DNA of 64,000 bases. Origin: Alphaproteobacteria bacterium (GTDB lineage: Bacteria > Pseudomonadota > Alphaproteobacteria > Paracaedibacterales > VGCI01). Below the pieces are notes generated by a model. The model was not told the DNA's origin. It saw only the letters and a list, made by a program, of their open reading frames with translations, and searched no databases. Shown here in pieces: positions 29,529-39,334 of this stretch. The position numbers and the translations under genes were made by a program. Location of the stretch: assembly GCA_016870095.1 (NCBI GenBank), contig VGCI01000008.1, forward strand, positions 6,307-70,306. The letters run 5' to 3'. Position 1 is the stretch's first letter. Each line of letters starts with the position of its first letter.

Positions 29529-30461
29529 CTAGCTCTCAGCTTTTTTCAATTTTTGCTGTTGAGCGGAATTTTTATCCTGCATTTTAGCTTGAGACTGTTT
29601 GGTCTTTACGGCACGAGGCATTTTTGAAATACGAATAACCCCTGCTGCATTTTTGGTTTGTTTTAACTCGCCTTTGATGACCGCAAGATTCATTGTTCCG
29701 GCGCCCTCGCACTTGAGATCTGCATCACCAACAACTGCTTTAACATCGATAATACCTGTTCCTCTGATACCGGCTTTCAAATTGGGAATTGTTCCTTTAC
29801 GAATTATATATTTTCCATCACCTCGAATATCAATATCAGCATTGCCATCTATTTGATTAATGATTATTTCTCCTGAACCATCAATCGTACTAAATAGATT
29901 TTTAACTTTAGAGCTTGTTATATCTCCTCCGCCATTAATGCTGAAGGTTGTGTCGGCTTCGCGGATGTCCACATTACCTCTGCCTCCCGTTAAACTAATA
30001 CTTAAAGGCATTTTGGAGGGGACTTCAAGATTTAGCACTAACTTATCTACATCTACCAATGTAGGGATAGTACTTTCAAAGCCCACAAACAATTCACCAG
30101 TATGTAAGGTATGTTTATCTGTAATCTGAATGCGGTCTAATAAATTATCAGGCCCCTTAATGGAGACGTTTACTGTCTTATCTTCATTTGTCGTTTTAAC
30201 CAGTACCACTCCTGTAAAGTTCTTTACAACAACGCCACTAACTTCAAATTTTTTACCATCTTTAGCCGTCATAGCTGTTTCTAAAGTTTGTTTGGCCGTG
30301 TCAGGCGCCAATTCTTCTGCAGTCTCTCCCAAGACTACGGACTGCTCTGAAGGCGCCGCCTTAGAAGACGTATCCGGCAAAGAGACTACATTGGACGGCT
30401 GTGTAGCCATACAAGATAAAGAAAACAATACAGCAGGGCTCACAAGATATTTATTCACCAT
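29529..30461 (-). CDS. hypothetical secreted beta-helix repeat protein (DUF2807/GIN-like adhesin-head repeats)
   Basis: ATG at 30461 follows RBS GGGAG. N-terminal hydrophobic leader. The C-terminal half has repeated 'G-x-G-x-I...V...' rungs, for example 'INGGGDITSSKV', 'IDGSGEIIINQI', 'IRGDGKYIIRKG', 'IRGTGIIDVKAV' and 'CEGAGTMNLAVI'. Confidence 0.6.
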   Translation of the reverse strand: MVNKYLVSPAVLFSLSCMATQPSNVVSLPDTSSKAAPSEQSVVLGETAEELAPDTAKQTLETAMTAKDGKKFEVSGVVVKNFTGVVLVKTTNEDKTVNVSIKGPDNLLDRIQITDKHTLHTGELFVGFESTIPTLVDVDKLVLNLEVPSKMPLSISLTGGRGNVDIREADTTFSINGGGDITSSKVKNLFSTIDGSGEIIINQIDGNADIDIRGDGKYIIRKGTIPNLKAGIRGTGIIDVKAVVGDADLKCEGAGTMNLAVIKGELKQTKNAAGVIRISKMPRAVKTKQSQAKMQDKNSAQQQKLKKAES

Positions 30462-30701
30462 TAGAAAACTCCCTATCAATTATAATAAAATTTACGATAA
30501 ATAAATTGTACTATGTAGAATTGGTTCTGACCAGAGGGATGATGAACCCATAAAATTTTTACGTCCACAAAAGCTTATGAAAATTTTTTATGGAACATTT
30601 TATAAGCGATTAAACCCAAGGAGAGTCTATAATTTCTATAAATATATCTATGGGTTGTTCAAATATTATCTATTTATAAAGGATTGCGTTTTCATTAGCA
30701 T

Positions 30702-30728
30702 AAAAAAAACCTGAGAAAAATCTCAGGT
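30702..30728 (-). terminator. Rho-independent terminator of rpsD
   Basis: Stem ACCTGAGA/TCTCAGGT (30709-30716 with 30721-30728), AAAA loop. An 8-nt A-run on the plus strand gives a T-run after the hairpin on the minus strand. Confidence 0.75.
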
Positions 30729-30757
30729 TTTTAAATTTGACTTAAAAGCAAAAGAAA

Positions 30758-31372
30758 TTATCGTGAATAAAACTCGACAACCAAATTTGGTTCCATACTA
30801 ACTGGGTAAGGAACATCTGCAAGTTTCGGTCCCCGAATAAAGCGTCCTTTAAAACCCTTATGATCCGCTTCAACGTAGTCTGGAACGTCACGCTCATTAG
30901 ATTGAATGGCTAGAGCCACGTTGACATTATCTTTCATACGACCGCCAACGACTATTTCATCGCCATCACGAACCTGATAAGAAGGAATGTTAACGCGCTT
31001 GCCATTTACTTGAACGTGACCGTGGTTCACAAATTGACGCGCAGCAAAAACAGTAGATACAAATTTCATTCGGTATATAACCGCATCCAAACGACGTTCC
31101 AAAAGCTCAATAAGATTTTCAGAAGTGTCTCCACGGCGACGCACGGCTTCTTCGTACAAACGACGAAACTGGCGCTCATTTATATTACCATAGTATCCTT
31201 TGAGCTTTTGTTTGGCTCGCAGTTGAATACCATAGTCAGAGGGCTTAGAGCGTTGTTGTCCATGTTGACCGGGTCCATAATTACGGCGATTAACTGGGCT
31301 TTTTGGGCGACCCCATAAGTTTACACCCAAACGACGATCAATTTTGTGCTTTGCTGTCACGCGCTTTGTCAT
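30758..31372 (-). CDS. rpsD: 30S ribosomal protein S4
   Basis: 204 aa. 'CKLCRRE'-less alpha type, with '[16 protein letters not shown]', '[11 protein letters not shown]' and an S4 RNA-binding domain. Confidence 0.95.
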   Translation of the reverse strand: MTKRVTAKHKIDRRLGVNLWGRPKSPVNRRNYGPGQHGQQRSKPSDYGIQLRAKQKLKGYYGNINERQFRRLYEEAVRRRGDTSENLIELLERRLDAVIYRMKFVSTVFAARQFVNHGHVQVNGKRVNIPSYQVRDGDEIVVGGRMKDNVNVALAIQSNERDVPDYVEADHKGFKGRFIRGPKLADVPYPVSMEPNLVVEFYSR

Positions 31373-31570
31373 AAATAAAACCTATCTTTACAAGATCTAA
31401 TAATGTTTTGACATAAATGTCTATGGTTTGAAATACGATGTTTTACACCCATTTGTCAAATCGTTTATTAAAAAAGAGACTCCTTTTTTCATTTCTTCTC
31501 CCACTTTCACCGATTTTTAACGATAAGGGACTTATATTTAAGAATAAACCTCTGTCTAAAGGAAGTGATT

Positions 31571-33211
31571 ATGATTAGTTTGAAGAAATTATCAAAGCTC
31601 ATTTTTACTTACCATATGCTCATCTTGGCATCAATAGCTACCAATTCACAAGGGAATATTGTTGTGGGCCCGGTACCTGTAAATCCTACTGCGCCCTTAA
31701 ATGAGCTTTCTGTAGCTCCCTCACCTATTGATACGATTTTTGAAGAAATACTTTCCTCCAAAAAAATTGCAGCAGACAAAGATTTAATGACATTTTACGA
31801 AAAAATGGGGAGACAACCTGTTTGGTTTTTTCAAGGTAATCTTACAAAGTGTGGTCAAATCGCCGTTGAAACCCTTAAGGAAGCTGCTCTTGAAGGCTTA
31901 AATCCTCAAGATTACGAAGATGCAACAACATTTGGTACTCATCCGACTCAATGGGCGGAGGCTGAAATTCTCCTTACCAAACGCTATTTGGATTACATTA
32001 ACCACCTCAGAGTCGGAAGAATCGACCCTGCAAGAATCAGCAATGATATAAAATTTAAAAGCCCAAAGACAAGTGCGGTAGACCTTCTTTGGAATGCAGT
32101 GCATGATAAGGCCTCTCAATGTACAAAACTTAAAACCTTAGAGCCGAATATCCCTCAGTATATTCATATGAGAGAGCTGTTGGGTCATTACAGAGCGTTA
32201 GCAAAAGAAAATAAAGAGTGGCCAAACATAAAAACTAAAAATAAGCTTAAACTTGACGATCAAGGTCCCGATGTAAAAATTTTACGACAAATTCTTATTC
32301 TGCATGGAGATTTAAAGGAAGAATTAGGAAGCTCGGAAAAATTTGACAAAGATGTTGACCTGGCTTTACGTCAATTCCAGAAACGTCATACTCTTGATGC
32401 AGATGGCATTGTCACAAGTAAAACAAAAGAAGCATTAAATGTGCCGATTGAAGATCTTATCCACAAAGTGATTATAAATATGGAACGATTGCGCTGGTTA
32501 CCAGATGAATTGGGTGATAAGCACATTATTGTTAATGTAGCGGGTTACGAAGTCCGAGCTTACGAAAATGCAGACCTCAAGCTAACAATCCCTGCCATTG
32601 TTGGACGTCCGAGTCGCCGGACTCCTTTATTCTATGCTCCTTTAAGGAATGTCATCATTAACCCTTCATGGGGCGTACCGTACAATATTTTGGTTCATGA
32701 CAAGCTTCCAAAAATTATTAATGATCCTGATTACGTACGTCGCTCAGGCTTTACGGTGACAGATGATTCCGGTCAAGTGGTAGACCCTGATCAAGCTGAT
32801 TGGGAAAATGAAGGTACTCGTTATCATTTGCGGCAAAGTCCGGGTCGTAGCAATGCTTTGGGCCGCATTAAGTTTAATATTGAAAACCCATACACAATTT
32901 ATTTGCACGGCACCCCAGAAGAAAAGCTTTTTCAAAAAACAGCCCGCGCCTTCTCTTCCGGTTGTATTCGACTGAAAACACCTGTCCAACTTGCGGAATG
33001 GGCGTTAAGTAATGCTAACAAATGGTCCGTCGAGGATATTGAGAAAGCCATTGGACAAGGGAGAACACAAACCGTTAAACCTGAAGATGATATTTCTGTA
33101 TACTTTACCTATCAAACTGTATGGATGGGTGATGACAACCTTATTCATATCAGTGATGATCCTTACCGAATGGATCCGAAGATGTTGAAAGTATTAAACC
33201 CGGGAGAGTAA
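31571..33211 (+). CDS. L,D-transpeptidase (YkuD domain) with a peptidoglycan-binding domain, YcbB/LdtD-like
   Basis: About 546 aa. PG_binding_1-like 'LRQFQKRHTLDADGIVTSKTKEAL'. Catalytic 'YLHGTPEEKLFQKTARAFSSGCIRL' carries the His and Cys of YkuD. N-terminal signal/anchor. Confidence 0.85.
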   Translation: MISLKKLSKLIFTYHMLILASIATNSQGNIVVGPVPVNPTAPLNELSVAPSPIDTIFEEILSSKKIAADKDLMTFYEKMGRQPVWFFQGNLTKCGQIAVETLKEAALEGLNPQDYEDATTFGTHPTQWAEAEILLTKRYLDYINHLRVGRIDPARISNDIKFKSPKTSAVDLLWNAVHDKASQCTKLKTLEPNIPQYIHMRELLGHYRALAKENKEWPNIKTKNKLKLDDQGPDVKILRQILILHGDLKEELGSSEKFDKDVDLALRQFQKRHTLDADGIVTSKTKEALNVPIEDLIHKVIINMERLRWLPDELGDKHIIVNVAGYEVRAYENADLKLTIPAIVGRPSRRTPLFYAPLRNVIINPSWGVPYNILVHDKLPKIINDPDYVRRSGFTVTDDSGQVVDPDQADWENEGTRYHLRQSPGRSNALGRIKFNIENPYTIYLHGTPEEKLFQKTARAFSSGCIRLKTPVQLAEWALSNANKWSVEDIEKAIGQGRTQTVKPEDDISVYFTYQTVWMGDDNLIHISDDPYRMDPKMLKVLNPGE

Positions 33212-33218
33212 GTTCCGT

Positions 33219-33740
33219 CTATTTTTCATAATCTTTCACCAAATGCGCCACGCGGTTGGCGTATTTGCCTCCGTGACTCCACTTTCGAGAATGATAACTA
33301 GCAACAGCTTTTGCCCAACGACCTGATTCTTGGTATAACTCTTTTAAAAAGTAAGCTGCATAAAGAATATTCAATCTCGGATTCAGCATTTCTGACACAC
33401 GGGAAAAACCCGCCCCATGAAATCCCCAATTTACTTGCATACATCCTAAATCCGTTTGATAACGAACCCTTTTCGGCAAAGTCTTTAAAAACTTTTCGGC
33501 AGCGGCTTTGTTGGGAAAATAATGACCTTTTCCCTTAACATTAATCGTCCAAGGCCAAGGTCTAGTTCCCAAATTACTTTCAGCTTTGGCAACGGCCCAA
33601 ATAATTTCAGGCAAAACGCCTGTTTTTTGAGCCGCTTCTTCAATGTACTTTTCGCAATAATAGTGGGGAGTTGCAAAACCTTCAGCTAGAAAAAATAAAT
33701 TAGTGAATATTACAACGAGCACACGGACATTTCGTACCAT
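33219..33740 (-). CDS. lytic transglycosylase domain protein (SLT family)
   Basis: 173 aa with a signal peptide. 'IIWAVAKAESNLG...PWPWTINVKGKGHYF' and 'DLGCMQVNW' contain the catalytic Glu-Ser motif context. Confidence 0.8.
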   Translation of the reverse strand: MVRNVRVLVVIFTNLFFLAEGFATPHYYCEKYIEEAAQKTGVLPEIIWAVAKAESNLGTRPWPWTINVKGKGHYFPNKAAAEKFLKTLPKRVRYQTDLGCMQVNWGFHGAGFSRVSEMLNPRLNILYAAYFLKELYQESGRWAKAVASYHSRKWSHGGKYANRVAHLVKDYEK

Positions 33741-33828
33741 CCCGCCAACCCTCCCAAACCTACTTTTCTGGCAAAACCTGAGGTTTACAAGTCACAATAT
33801 AGAATTTTAATTAAAATTTTAAAGAGGT

Positions 33829-34701
33829 CTACAATGCAATTTTTGACTGAGTAGCCGCGGCTAAGGTGTTTTCTAAAAGATAAGTTACCGTCATAGGGCC
33901 AACACCACCAGGAACAGGGGTAAGAAACCCAGCAACTTTCCTCACTCCCTCAAAATCAACATCACCTTTCAGGGAAACTGTGCCATTAGGCTCTACGACA
34001 CGAGAAATCCCAATATCAATAACAACAGCACCCGGCTTTATATAATCTGCAGTAATGAGACCAGGTTTTCCAATTGCCGTTACCAGAATATCCGCGCGAC
34101 GGCACTCTTCCGCTAGATTAAGAGTTTGCGAATGGGTTTGAACCACGGTTGCATTTTTAAAACTTAATAATAAAGCAGTCGGTCGACCCACTAAAACAGA
34201 TCTTCCCACCACAACGGCATGTTTTCCTTCAACTGATGGCATTATAGAGTGAATTAAGTGAAGACATCCTAAAGGCGTACAGGGGACAAGGTTGGGACGC
34301 CCTGCAAACAAAAGACCTAAATTTTGTGGATGCAATCCATCAACATCTTTATGGGGCAATAAACGAGAAATGATGCGTGCCGTATCTAGAGATTCTGGCA
34401 ACGGCAATTGAATGAGAATTCCATGAACGCGATCATCAGCGTTTAAATCATCAATCTTGGCAAGGATTTCTGTTTCTGAAGTCTGCTCAGGCATAAGAAA
34501 AACTTCTGACCGAATCCCTACCTCTTCACAAGATTTTCTCTTATTTTTTACATAGACCTGACTGGCGGGATTATCACCCACCAAAAGAACCGCAAGTCCA
34601 GGAGGATATCCGTGACTCTTCTTAAAATCCGACACCTTGATAGAAATATCTTGTCGAATTTGTGTCGCGATCGCATTTCCATCAATTAATATTGCTGCCA
34701 T
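33829..34701 (-). CDS. folD: bifunctional methylenetetrahydrofolate dehydrogenase/cyclohydrolase
   Basis: 290 aa. 'LVGDNPASQVYVKNKRK', 'HGILIQLPLP', 'DVDGLHP' and 'GGVGPMT'. Confidence 0.95.
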   Translation of the reverse strand: MAAILIDGNAIATQIRQDISIKVSDFKKSHGYPPGLAVLLVGDNPASQVYVKNKRKSCEEVGIRSEVFLMPEQTSETEILAKIDDLNADDRVHGILIQLPLPESLDTARIISRLLPHKDVDGLHPQNLGLLFAGRPNLVPCTPLGCLHLIHSIMPSVEGKHAVVVGRSVLVGRPTALLLSFKNATVVQTHSQTLNLAEECRRADILVTAIGKPGLITADYIKPGAVVIDIGISRVVEPNGTVSLKGDVDFEGVRKVAGFLTPVPGGVGPMTVTYLLENTLAAATQSKIAL

Positions 34702-34710
34702 AGGACTCTC

Positions 34711-35013
34711 TTAGAAAGGAAATTTTATGGCCAATTGTAATAGGATCCCTTGAATTAAATAAATAGCAAGAATGAGAACCACCGGGGAAAGATCAACGCC
34801 CGCCATTTGAGGAAGGAGTCGACGAATGGGAACCAGAGCTGGTTCAACAATCCGAAACAAAAATGTATGAATTCCATATACAAAATTATTATAGCGATTG
34901 ATAATATTAAATTGTTCAAGCCATCCCAGAACAATATAAATAACAATGGCCCACCAATAGGCATTCAAAGCCATAATAATTACACGAATCATAGGTATCA
35001 AAATTATATCCAT
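34711..35013 (-). CDS. yggT: YggT-family membrane protein
   Basis: 100 aa with two or three TM helices. 'IVIYIVLGWL' and 'DLSPVVLILAIYLI' are typical of YggT. Confidence 0.75.
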   Translation of the reverse strand: MDIILIPMIRVIIMALNAYWWAIVIYIVLGWLEQFNIINRYNNFVYGIHTFLFRIVEPALVPIRRLLPQMAGVDLSPVVLILAIYLIQGILLQLAIKFPF

Positions 35014-35026
35014 TTTACATCCTCCT

Positions 35027-36964
35027 TTAAGAAGCTAATCGTGACGATACTTCGTTTTTCTCGTGAATACCCAAAGCATCCAATGCCTGAATCAAAATAT
35101 GATGAGCTGTTAATCCAGCTTCCTCATATTGCATTGCAGGTGTGGCATGGTCAATAAGGCGATCAGGCAACATCATCGTCCGAATTTTTATACCTTTATC
35201 TAAGAGACCTTGAGTTTCTAGGACATGAAAGACTTGTGTTGCAAATCCGCCAATTGAACCCTCTTCAAGGGTTATCAGAACTTCATGATTATGAACAAGT
35301 TGACCAATTAACTCAATGTCGATTGGTTTTGCAAACCGCGCATCGGCTACTGTGGTAGATAAACCATACCCACTCAGCAGATCAGCTGCCTTTAAGGCTT
35401 CCCCAAGACGACTTCCAAGGGAAAGAATAGCAATTTTAGACCCCTCACGAACAATTCTTCCTTTGCCAATCTCAAGAATTTCAGCGGGTACATTCAAATT
35501 AACACCTACCCCTTCACCTCGTGGATATCGAAAAGCGGAGGGACAGTCATCGATCGATGCCGCTGTGGCAATCATATGTTTTAGTTCTAATTCATCTGCT
35601 GCTGCCATGATGACCATATTTGGCAAACATCCTAAATAAGCCAAATCATAACTTCCGGCATGTGTTGCCCCATCGGCGCCAACAAGGCCAGCACGATCTA
35701 AAGCAAATCGCACGGGTAGTTTTTGCAACATTACATCATGTATAACCTGATCGTAGCCCCGCTGAAGAAATGTAGAATAAATGGCGACAAAGGGTTTTAA
35801 ACCATCGCAGGCCATCCCTGCGGCAAAAGTCACTGCATGTTGTTCAGCAATACCCACATCGAAGCATCGCTCTGGAAACTGTTTTGCAAAAATATCAAGC
35901 CCTGTACCCGCAGGCATAGCTGCAGTGATAGCAATTATTCCACTGTCTTTCTTAGCTTCTTCAACTAAGCATTCTCCAAAAACTTTGGTGTAACTTGGCA
36001 CTGCCGTTTTAGCAATCTGTTGTATGCCCGTAATAACGTCAAATTTGCTCACCCCATGAAATTTGTCTGCAGAAGCTTCAGCTGGAGCATATCCGCGGCC
36101 TTTCTGTGTCACAACATGAAGCAATATAGGCCCTGACTCTGCCCGATCTCTTACATTCTTTAGAACAGGAATTAGATGATCCAAATCATGCCCATCCACA
36201 GGACCAACATAATAAAAACCCAATTCTTCAAATAAAGTACCACCTGTAACCATACCCCGAGCAAATTCTTCTGCTCGACGTGCCGCGGTCTCTAAGGATT
36301 TTGGAAGGTGACTCGCTACATCTTTCGCCATTTTTCGCAAAGAATGATAAGACCGGGAGGAAAGGAGTCGGGATAGATAACCACTCATTGCACCCACAGG
36401 CGGAGCGATAGACATATCGTTATCGTTCAATATAACAATTAATCGACTGGCCATAGCACCGGCATTATTAAGAGCCTCGTAGGCCATTCCAGCACTCATA
36501 GCACCATCACCAATAACCGCTACGATATTATGATTTTCACCCTTTAAATCTCGAGCAACAGCAAAACCTAAAGCAGCTGAAATTGATGTAGAAGCATGGG
36601 CAGTACCAAAAGGATCATAAACGCTTTCACTGCGCCGTGTAAATCCAGAGGGACCACCTGCTTGTCGCAATCTAGACATTTGTTCCCGACGGCCCGTCAA
36701 AATTTTATGGGGATAAGATTGATGACCCACATCCCAAATAACTTTATCTTGAGGGGTATCAAAAACATGATGTAAAGCAACTGTCAACTCAACCACACCC
36801 AAGCTAGCCCCTAAATGTCCCCCCGTGCGCGAAACATTATGAATTGTTTCTTGGCGAACTTCAGCAGCCAATAGATGCAATGCATCCATAGATAAACCTT
36901 TCATGTCTGCTGGGGTATGGATTTTATCCAAATGTGGGGTAGACGCTAAAACGGGATCAGTCAC
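35027..36964 (-). CDS. dxs: 1-deoxy-D-xylulose-5-phosphate synthase
   Basis: 645 aa. '[21 protein letters not shown]', '[16 protein letters not shown]' and the TPP motif '[18 protein letters not shown]...NDN'. Confidence 0.95.
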   Translation of the reverse strand: MTDPVLASTPHLDKIHTPADMKGLSMDALHLLAAEVRQETIHNVSRTGGHLGASLGVVELTVALHHVFDTPQDKVIWDVGHQSYPHKILTGRREQMSRLRQAGGPSGFTRRSESVYDPFGTAHASTSISAALGFAVARDLKGENHNIVAVIGDGAMSAGMAYEALNNAGAMASRLIVILNDNDMSIAPPVGAMSGYLSRLLSSRSYHSLRKMAKDVASHLPKSLETAARRAEEFARGMVTGGTLFEELGFYYVGPVDGHDLDHLIPVLKNVRDRAESGPILLHVVTQKGRGYAPAEASADKFHGVSKFDVITGIQQIAKTAVPSYTKVFGECLVEEAKKDSGIIAITAAMPAGTGLDIFAKQFPERCFDVGIAEQHAVTFAAGMACDGLKPFVAIYSTFLQRGYDQVIHDVMLQKLPVRFALDRAGLVGADGATHAGSYDLAYLGCLPNMVIMAAADELELKHMIATAASIDDCPSAFRYPRGEGVGVNLNVPAEILEIGKGRIVREGSKIAILSLGSRLGEALKAADLLSGYGLSTTVADARFAKPIDIELIGQLVHNHEVLITLEEGSIGGFATQVFHVLETQGLLDKGIKIRTMMLPDRLIDHATPAMQYEEAGLTAHHILIQALDALGIHEKNEVSSRLAS

Positions 36965-37170
36965 CTAAATTCACTCTCGTATATATTATCTCTTTCAAGA
37001 CCGAAACTTATGTACCCCCAGAATTTAAGCAAGGCAGCTTGCGAAAGCAAGAAATATATCAATTGCTCTTGTTATTTTTTAAATTTGAACGTACCCATAG
37101 AATTTACAATTTGTTTACAAATATAACGTTATGCTAAAATTTGTATATGTTTGTTTTTCAGGAGCTTATA

Positions 37171-37896
37171 ATGCATTTAGGGACATATTTTAAATACCTT
37201 AATAATTTTGTCGTTATCGGCTTTACATTCTTAGCTTGCCTCTCAGAAGTTTCAGCTGCACCTCATCAAATTGGACAAGCATTAGTCCCCGGCCAAAAAT
37301 CCAAAAGTCAAGATGTGGAACAAACCCCCCTGATGAATATAAAAGGCATGGAAGTAAGTATGGGGGATTCCAAAGCTCCCCTAACCATTGTCATGTATTA
37401 TTCCTTGACCTGCCCTCACTGTCATGACTATCAACTGCAAGAAATTCCCAAAATTAAGTCAGAATTTATTGACAAAAGGCTTGTTCGCTTCATTTATAGA
37501 GACTTTCCAACAGATTCCAGTGCTGTCAAAGCTGCAAAAATTGCTTGGTGTCATGGTAAGGAGCAATATCTTGGCTTTGCCAAAAAGCTTCTTGAAACAC
37601 AAGATAAGTGGGTTCCAATAGATGTTGCAAAACTTAAAGAGGCTGATAAAAATTTAGAAAGAATTGCTAAGGATTTGGGAATTTCTGATACTGACTATAA
37701 AAAATGCTTGGCCAACGAAGAGATTGAAGCCTCCATTCTTCGATCAAGTTTCGAAGCTCAGAAAACCTACTCTATTAATGCTGCTCCCGCTTTTCTCGTA
37801 AATAACGAATATTATGACGGTATTGTTACTGCTGATTATATTCGCGATAAGCTACACAAAATGATGGACAGTAAGCATCACCTACCTATCCCTTAG
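37171..37896 (+). CDS. DsbA-family thiol:disulfide oxidoreductase
   Basis: ATG at 37171 follows RBS AGGAG. Signal peptide. Thioredoxin-fold active site 'SLTCPHCHDY'. Confidence 0.8.
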   Translation: MHLGTYFKYLNNFVVIGFTFLACLSEVSAAPHQIGQALVPGQKSKSQDVEQTPLMNIKGMEVSMGDSKAPLTIVMYYSLTCPHCHDYQLQEIPKIKSEFIDKRLVRFIYRDFPTDSSAVKAAKIAWCHGKEQYLGFAKKLLETQDKWVPIDVAKLKEADKNLERIAKDLGISDTDYKKCLANEEIEASILRSSFEAQKTYSINAAPAFLVNNEYYDGIVTADYIRDKLHKMMDSKHHLPIP

Positions 37897-37907
37897 AGCT
37901 AGGCTTT

Positions 37908-39242
37908 TTACCTTTTGCGATAATGATGCGTTTCCTTGATAAAATGCAGCAAAAGCCAACTAGCAGCGATCGCCACAGGAATCGCCATCATAGCATTTTG
38001 ATAAGCGCTCACGCTATAAATACGTAAATTATCCGGTCCAAACGAACCATCCCAACAATAGTCTAACAAGTGACCAAGTAACGGTTGAAAAACAATTCCA
38101 CTCATCATCACAATAGCATTCGTAAATCAAAGGGCAGTGCCGCTGATGCGTCGGGGAAGAATTTCTTTTACACAAGCAAAGACAAGGACTTGCCCTCCAA
38201 GAAACACACCCCCCATAAAGAGTAGACAAAACATGAGTCCTAAAGGAATATAGGTTCCAAACATAATAGCTAAGAATGTCAGAAATAATAAAGTAGAAGA
38301 TAGTTTCATAGCAAAAATTCGGCTTTGAAATTTATCAGAGATCCATGCTGCTAAGGGAGCGCCAAAGGCAAATCCCAGAAAAATCATAACAGACGCAAAA
38401 GATGCATGTTCATTATCAATACTATAAGTTTGCATCAAATAGGGTACACCCCATAGCTCTGCAAAAGCGGCAATAGGAAGCCACATCAAAGACCCAAAAA
38501 GACCAATCAGCCAGACTTGCGGGTTTGTCATAAGCAATGCCAAAGACTTTCTTAAGGGTATTTCATGAGCATGGTGAGGTTTTTGGGCGTTAAGGTGATC
38601 TTTGGGATGATCCCGAATCATAATCCACGCAAATATTGTCATAACGACACCTGCCGTTGCCAGAGCTAAACTCGCTTCACGCCACCCTCCCATATTATTA
38701 ACCATCCAGGCGAGTGGAGGTCCACCGAAAGTGCCACCAATTGTTCCCATCATCGTTGTCATCCCTGACATAAGGGCAAAGCGGGTGGGTGAGAACCATT
38801 CTGCAACAATTTTCATACAACTAATAAACGCACAAGCAGAGCCTCCCCCAATGAGAAAACGCCCCAGTTGCGCCAAAAACAAGCCATCACTCAAAGCAAA
38901 CATAAATGTCCCGATTGCACATAAAGCAGCAGAAGCCGTAAGAATTCGACGGGTGCCGATGGCGTCTACCATCACACCACAAGGAATCTGCAACGCCACG
39001 TAAGAGTAGGAATAGCAAGAAACCAAAATGCCCAACGCCGCAGAAGTTAATGAGAAATCTTTCATTAACCCTTCTGTCATAACGCTGGGGGAAACTCGCA
39101 AGATGCATTCGTAGAGATAAAACGCCCCTGCGCAAGCCCATATAGCCCACGATTGGCGAGAATTTAAATATTCTTTTACAGCAGATTGATTGGTTTCATC
39201 CAAAAATTCCTCTGCTTTAACAGCAAGTATAGCTGTTTCCAT
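37908..39242 (-). pseudogene. MFS transporter paralog with a single in-frame TGA (codon 372 of 445)
   Basis: Track ORFs 38127-39242 and 37908-38111 are in the same frame. '...ISGTAL*FTNAIVMMSGIVFQPLLGHL' aligns residue for residue with '...FSGTTIGFMNCLTMASAPVFQILLGHL' of the neighbouring paralog. The TGA at 38127-38129 sits where the paralog has Gly. Confidence 0.7.
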
Positions 39243-39334
39243 ATCCTTTAACTTTCATCAGCAGAAATTATAATTGTATTATGGTATTAATTTATCTCAC
39301 TCAGCGTTTGCAAGCAATATAGCTATGCAGACAC

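Noticed and set aside
29599-30504. Three consecutive plus-strand ORFs (85, 89 and 124 aa) that might look like a small operon.
   Set aside because: They are antisense shadows of the 310-aa beta-helix gene. Their products are low-complexity S/P/L/T-rich, and they lack RBSs. The minus-strand product has a leader peptide and a coherent repeat architecture.
15557-39242. Alternative genetic code (TGA = Trp, as in some reduced alphaproteobacterial symbionts) or selenocysteine as an explanation for the in-frame TGAs at 16826 and 38127.
   Set aside because: TGA clearly terminates well-conserved genes at their expected lengths. One example is xerD at 9256-9258, which overlaps the accA ATG. The MFS TGA aligns to Gly, not Trp or Cys, in the paralog. 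The third interrupting codon is TAA. No SECIS-like hairpin is apparent downstream.
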